Shown: positions 58,627 to 61,589 of the stretch, piece by piece
How positions within the stretch are numbered: position 1 is the first letter of the stretch
How the letters are laid out: each line of letters begins with the position of its first letter
Origin: an uncultured archaeon
Lineage (GTDB): Archaea; Iainarchaeota; Iainarchaeia; Iainarchaeales; JAAZKV01
DNA: 61,589 nt
Assembly (NCBI GenBank): GCA_964619405.1
Contig: CAZUCF010000005.1
Span: forward strand, 1 to 61,589
Direction of reading: 5' to 3'
Position numbers and translations under genes: made by a program
The notes under the pieces: model-generated
The model's database searches: none
Told to the model about the DNA's origin: nothing
What the model saw: only the letters and a program-made list of their open reading frames with translations

Positions 58627-60063
58627 CTTGTGCAAGAAGTCCTCAACATTATCTTCAGCAACCTCTGTTGTAACCTCGCTCATAAAACACAAGTTTTTTA
58701 CTAAACCACATTGTGGGCCATCAGGAGTCTCAATTGGATCCAATCTACCCCAGTGTGTTCCGTGAACATCTCTTGCCTCATACAATTCTCTTGTCTTTGA
58801 TAATTGTGACTTAACTTTTCTCATGTCTGTTACTGGTGCCAAGTAATTCACTCTGTCCATGAATTTTGCTACTCCAGTACTCCTACCAATCCAATTACCA
58901 GTGCTCATAGCAAACCTTATTCTCTCGCTAACTGCTCCTGGTCTAACAATAGTAGAAATATTTAGTTTTCTTCTCCTCGTAACAGTCCTATCAACTTGGA
59001 ATCTCAAATCTTTCACAAAATATTTGAATGAGTACCTAAACAAGTGTTCCATTAGTTTCCCACTTAACTCTAGTCTCTTGTTAGCATAATGATCTTTGTC
59101 ATCCTTGCTTCTCAAACCATGGCTCCTCTCAATTGCTTTTGTAGCCATCATTGATAAATAATATGCTTTCGCTAGTTTTGATTCCTCGTCTTGCCCAATG
59201 TGTGGTAACAAGAAACCATTGATTACTTCTCTTGCTCTTCTTAACCTGTAATCAATTACTTGTCCTGGTGCAACAAACTTTCCTATCTTGTCTAAAGCAT
59301 CTTCTTCTTGTCTTATATCACATTCTTCCCAATTCAAACACAAGTCATTTTGTATTTCTATTTCTTCTGGGAAAGCATCAAAAATTTCTTTTCTTGTTTT
59401 TAATCCAAGTGCTTTGAACAAAGTAAATAATAATAATTTTCTTGGACTTGTTGGGAAAGTAGCATACAATAATCCCTCAGGGCTCCTTGTTACCCTTACT
59501 CTTCCCTTGAAAGCTCCTTTTGTTGATATTACTTCAGCAGAAGTTCCTTTTTCTCCTTCTGATATTAGTACTCTGTCACTAGACAAAACTTCTTGTGTCA
59601 TCAAAGCTTTTTCAGAACCATTAACAATAAAATAACCCCCAAAGTCTCTTGGGTCCTCGCCAGCATTAACAAGTTCGTTCTCATTCATGCCATTTAACCA
59701 GCACTTACTTGACTTAACCATTATTGGTAAATCTCCAATAAAAGTTCGTCTAGCATCTTGTTCAACATCTCTCCTAAACAATCTCATTGTCAAATAAATT
59801 GGGCCAGAATAAGTTCTGTTTCTTAGCCTTGCTTCCATTGGCAAGAATTGGTCTCTTGGAGAACCATCCGCCTCAATTATTTTTGGTTTTTCTATTTCAA
59901 TATTGCTTAACTCGATTTTAACTTCCTCTATTTTTGGAATAATCTCTTTATTCTCTTCAACAATATCATTTAATTTAATATCAACAAATTGGTTAAAAGA
60001 ATCTAACTCCATTTGAGCAATATTCTTTTCTTTTAAATAAGAGTTAATTAATTCCCAACTCAT
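58600..60063 (-). CDS. rpoB2: RNA polymerase subunit Rpo2N (B'')
   Basis: P.EARLRN.TY, DPRDFGGYFIVNGSE, DDKDHY.NKRL, HGTHWGR..P.ETP.G..CGLVKNL. Confidence 0.97.
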   Translation of the reverse strand: MSWELINSYLKEKNIAQMELDSFNQFVDIKLNDIVEENKEIIPKIEEVKIELSNIEIEKPKIIEADGSPRDQFLPMEARLRNRTYSGPIYLTMRLFRRDVEQDARRTFIGDLPIMVKSSKCWLNGMNENELVNAGEDPRDFGGYFIVNGSEKALMTQEVLSSDRVLISEGEKGTSAEVISTKGAFKGRVRVTRSPEGLLYATFPTSPRKLLLFTLFKALGLKTRKEIFDAFPEEIEIQNDLCLNWEECDIRQEEDALDKIGKFVAPGQVIDYRLRRAREVINGFLLPHIGQDEESKLAKAYYLSMMATKAIERSHGLRSKDDKDHYANKRLELSGKLMEHLFRYSFKYFVKDLRFQVDRTVTRRRKLNISTIVRPGAVSERIRFAMSTGNWIGRSTGVAKFMDRVNYLAPVTDMRKVKSQLSKTRELYEARDVHGTHWGRLDPIETPDGPQCGLVKNLCFMSEVTTEVAEDNVEDFLHKQGVRLKKL

Positions 60064-60209
60064 TTAAACCACTCTCCGTCCTGTTTCCAAGAAAAATTGA
60101 AATTTTTCTGGACCCGCAAAATTCCATTTTGCTTGGTCGTCAGGACCAAACGAGTAATATCTTCGCAACAAGTTGCTCGATATTGATTTATTCATTTAAA
60201 CCACTCTCC
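60060..60209. repeat. 18-bp direct duplication of the rpoH stop / rpoB'' start junction flanking a 114-bp structured insert
   Basis: TCATTTAAACCACTCTCC at 60060-60077 and 60192-60209. Confidence 0.85.
60064..60195 (-). CDS. Putative 43-aa coupled mini-ORF between rpoH and rpoB''
   Basis: Hand translation: MNKSISSNLLRRYYSFGPDDQAKWNFAGPEKFQFFLETGRRVV*; TAA-ATG abutting at both ends; expression unverified. Confidence 0.35.
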   Translation of the reverse strand: MNKSISSNLLRRYYSFGPDDQAKWNFAGPEKFQFFLETGRRVV

Positions 60210-60438
60210 TATAATAAGTGGTTTGGCCAGCGGTAATAGAATCTCTAATAATTTTTACTACGTCGCCCCTATCTGCTTTCAAAGGTTTTATTGCGGGGTC
60301 AAGTTTAGTTATTTTTGGCAAAGAGTTTTTATTAATACCTAGTTCATTCATTAACTCGTCAGCTTTTTCTTTTCTTATTAGAACGTGTTCGGGAACCAAA
60401 TAATGTCTAATTTCTTCAACCAATAAACCACCAGGCAA
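60196..60438 (-). CDS. rpoH: RNA polymerase subunit Rpo5 (H)
   Basis: H.LVPEH.L...E...L...L.I....LPKI...DPA.....A..GDV.KI.R.S.TAG....YR.V; start may be TTG at 60423. Confidence 0.95.
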   Translation of the reverse strand: MPGGLLVEEIRHYLVPEHVLIRKEKADELMNELGINKNSLPKITKLDPAIKPLKADRGDVVKIIRDSITAGQTTYYRRVV

Positions 60439-60714
60439 CTATCTTTTTTTTTGGGTTCATGCGGATGACAAGCAAATTTTTTTTAAAAAATTGCTCTCAA
60501 AACCACAAAACACCCATTAATCATAAATGGTTCAAGCGAAAACAATTAAATCGCTCACGGCACGGCTACCGCTAAAAAACCATAAACACTAATCAAATTT
60601 AGATTGGAAAAGATTTAAAAGCGTTGTGTGTTCAAAACAATTTTTTTGATAACATTAATAAACTTCATTATTTTTTTGTTTCTTCAAATTATATTTTTTT
60701 ATCAAAATATTTTT

Positions 60715-61589
60715 TTATGGGGAGCAACTAGTGAAATTAGGCATATACTCTGGTAGTAATGGTGAAGAAGTATTGAAATATGAACAAGAGGTTACGCTAC
60801 TTACATCCCAAGAACTAATATCTTGATTAAAATCTGACCACCTAAACATTTGTTTCATATTTGTTACATTTGATACATCCCAACCACTAATATCTTGATT
60901 GAAAGCAGATGTATAAAACATATTTTTCATAGTATTTACTTTTGAGGTGTTCCAGTTATTTAATGGATAATTAAATTTAAGGGTTCCTGCGAGTGCTCCC
61001 TCCATATTTGTTACATTTGAAACATCCCAATGATTAATGTTTTGGTTAAAATCTACGCATATAAAAAACATATATTGCATGGTTGTTACATTTGAAGTAT
61101 CCCAATTATCAACATTTTCATTAAAAAAAGAGCTATAAAACATCCAGTCTAGATTTGTCATATTTGTTGATGCTTCATCAAAAAACGTTGGGCATGAAAG
61201 ACTTGTAAATTCTGTGTTTGCAAACATGCTATCTGCAGAAGTCAAGTTTTTTATTGCAGGGCTTAAAGGAGTAAATATATCATTAAATAATTCTGGTGTG
61301 GAACCATCTTGGCCAAAAGATACTCTGCTTGCTTGCCCCTTCAAAGAAATATTATAATCTCCTATTAAAGAGTATATTTGTGTTCTTAATGCGTTTCCAT
61401 CTGCTAAATTTTCCCAACCATTTCCCAAACCCCAATCAATTTGCATTCCAACAGCATCATCAATCCAAAATTTATATTCTTGATTATTTTCAGTTGTTTT
61501 AATCTGAAAAATAAATGGAGGAATTGGGGTTATAGGTGTTTTTGTTGTTGTTATTTCTGTTTGGCAGTTAACTGTTATTGTTTGGGTTA
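60715..61589 (-). CDS. DUF285/BspA-type repeat surface protein (5' end lies outside the window)
   Basis: Repeats of WD.SNVT.M..MF....FNQ.I..; the frame stays open from the ATG at 61446 to the window edge (TQTITVNCQTE...). Confidence 0.85.
   Translation of the reverse strand, partial: TQTITVNCQTEITTTKTPITPIPPFIFQIKTTENNQEYKFWIDDAVGMQIDWGLGNGWENLADGNALRTQIYSLIGDYNISLKGQASRVSFGQDGSTPELFNDIFTPLSPAIKNLTSADSMFANTEFTSLSCPTFFDEASTNMTNLDWMFYSSFFNENVDNWDTSNVTTMQYMFFICVDFNQNINHWDVSNVTNMEGALAGTLKFNYPLNNWNTSKVNTMKNMFYTSAFNQDISGWDVSNVTNMKQMFRWSDFNQDISSWDVSSVTSCSYFNTSSPLLPEYMPNFTSCSP

Noticed and set aside
58600-58660. Programmed -1 frameshift extending RpoB'' through the insert
   Set aside because: The -1 frame is open, but no X XXY YYZ slippery heptamer is present before the stop.
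60078-60150. Hammerhead ribozyme (CUGACGA ... GAAAC on the minus strand)
   Set aside because: The core words are present, but GUC runs directly into CUGA with no stem I, stem III cannot form, and the CUGA bases pair with CAGGAC instead.

Overview
AT-rich archaeal chromosome segment. Gene content and reduction point to a DPANN lineage, possibly Iainarchaeota/Diapherotrites (inference). Most of the window is one minus-strand information-processing supercluster: rpoH-B''-B'-A'-A'', rpl30e-nusA-rps12-rps7-fusA-tuf-rps10, the S10/spc/alpha r-protein block (rpl3 to secY to rps2), an intron-containing tRNA-Leu(UAA), gltX, and rpl7ae-rps28e-rpl24e-ndk-infB-rps6e-eif2g-rpoE-spt4-rps24e-rps27ae-kae1. 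Accessory genes include a 1366-aa class III signal peptide/GLUG surface protein, a DUF285/BspA-type surface protein cut by the window edge, an APC permease, a bacterial-type RtcB, a RhuM-containing islet inside the RNAP operon and several membrane proteins. Two non-coding signals stand out. (1) Gene junctions of the RNAP/EF-2 operon carry 18-29 bp direct duplications of gene ends that flank short GC-rich structured inserts. Two inserts end in the same GAAACAGGAC motif, and one forms a perfectly coupled 43-aa ORF between rpoH and rpoB''. (2) Two 124/125-identical copies of a 125-bp element resemble an IS200/IS605 right end / TnpB omega-RNA scaffold, with no transposase in the window. No rRNA genes or CRISPR arrays were found. 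All alignments and folds were done by eye.
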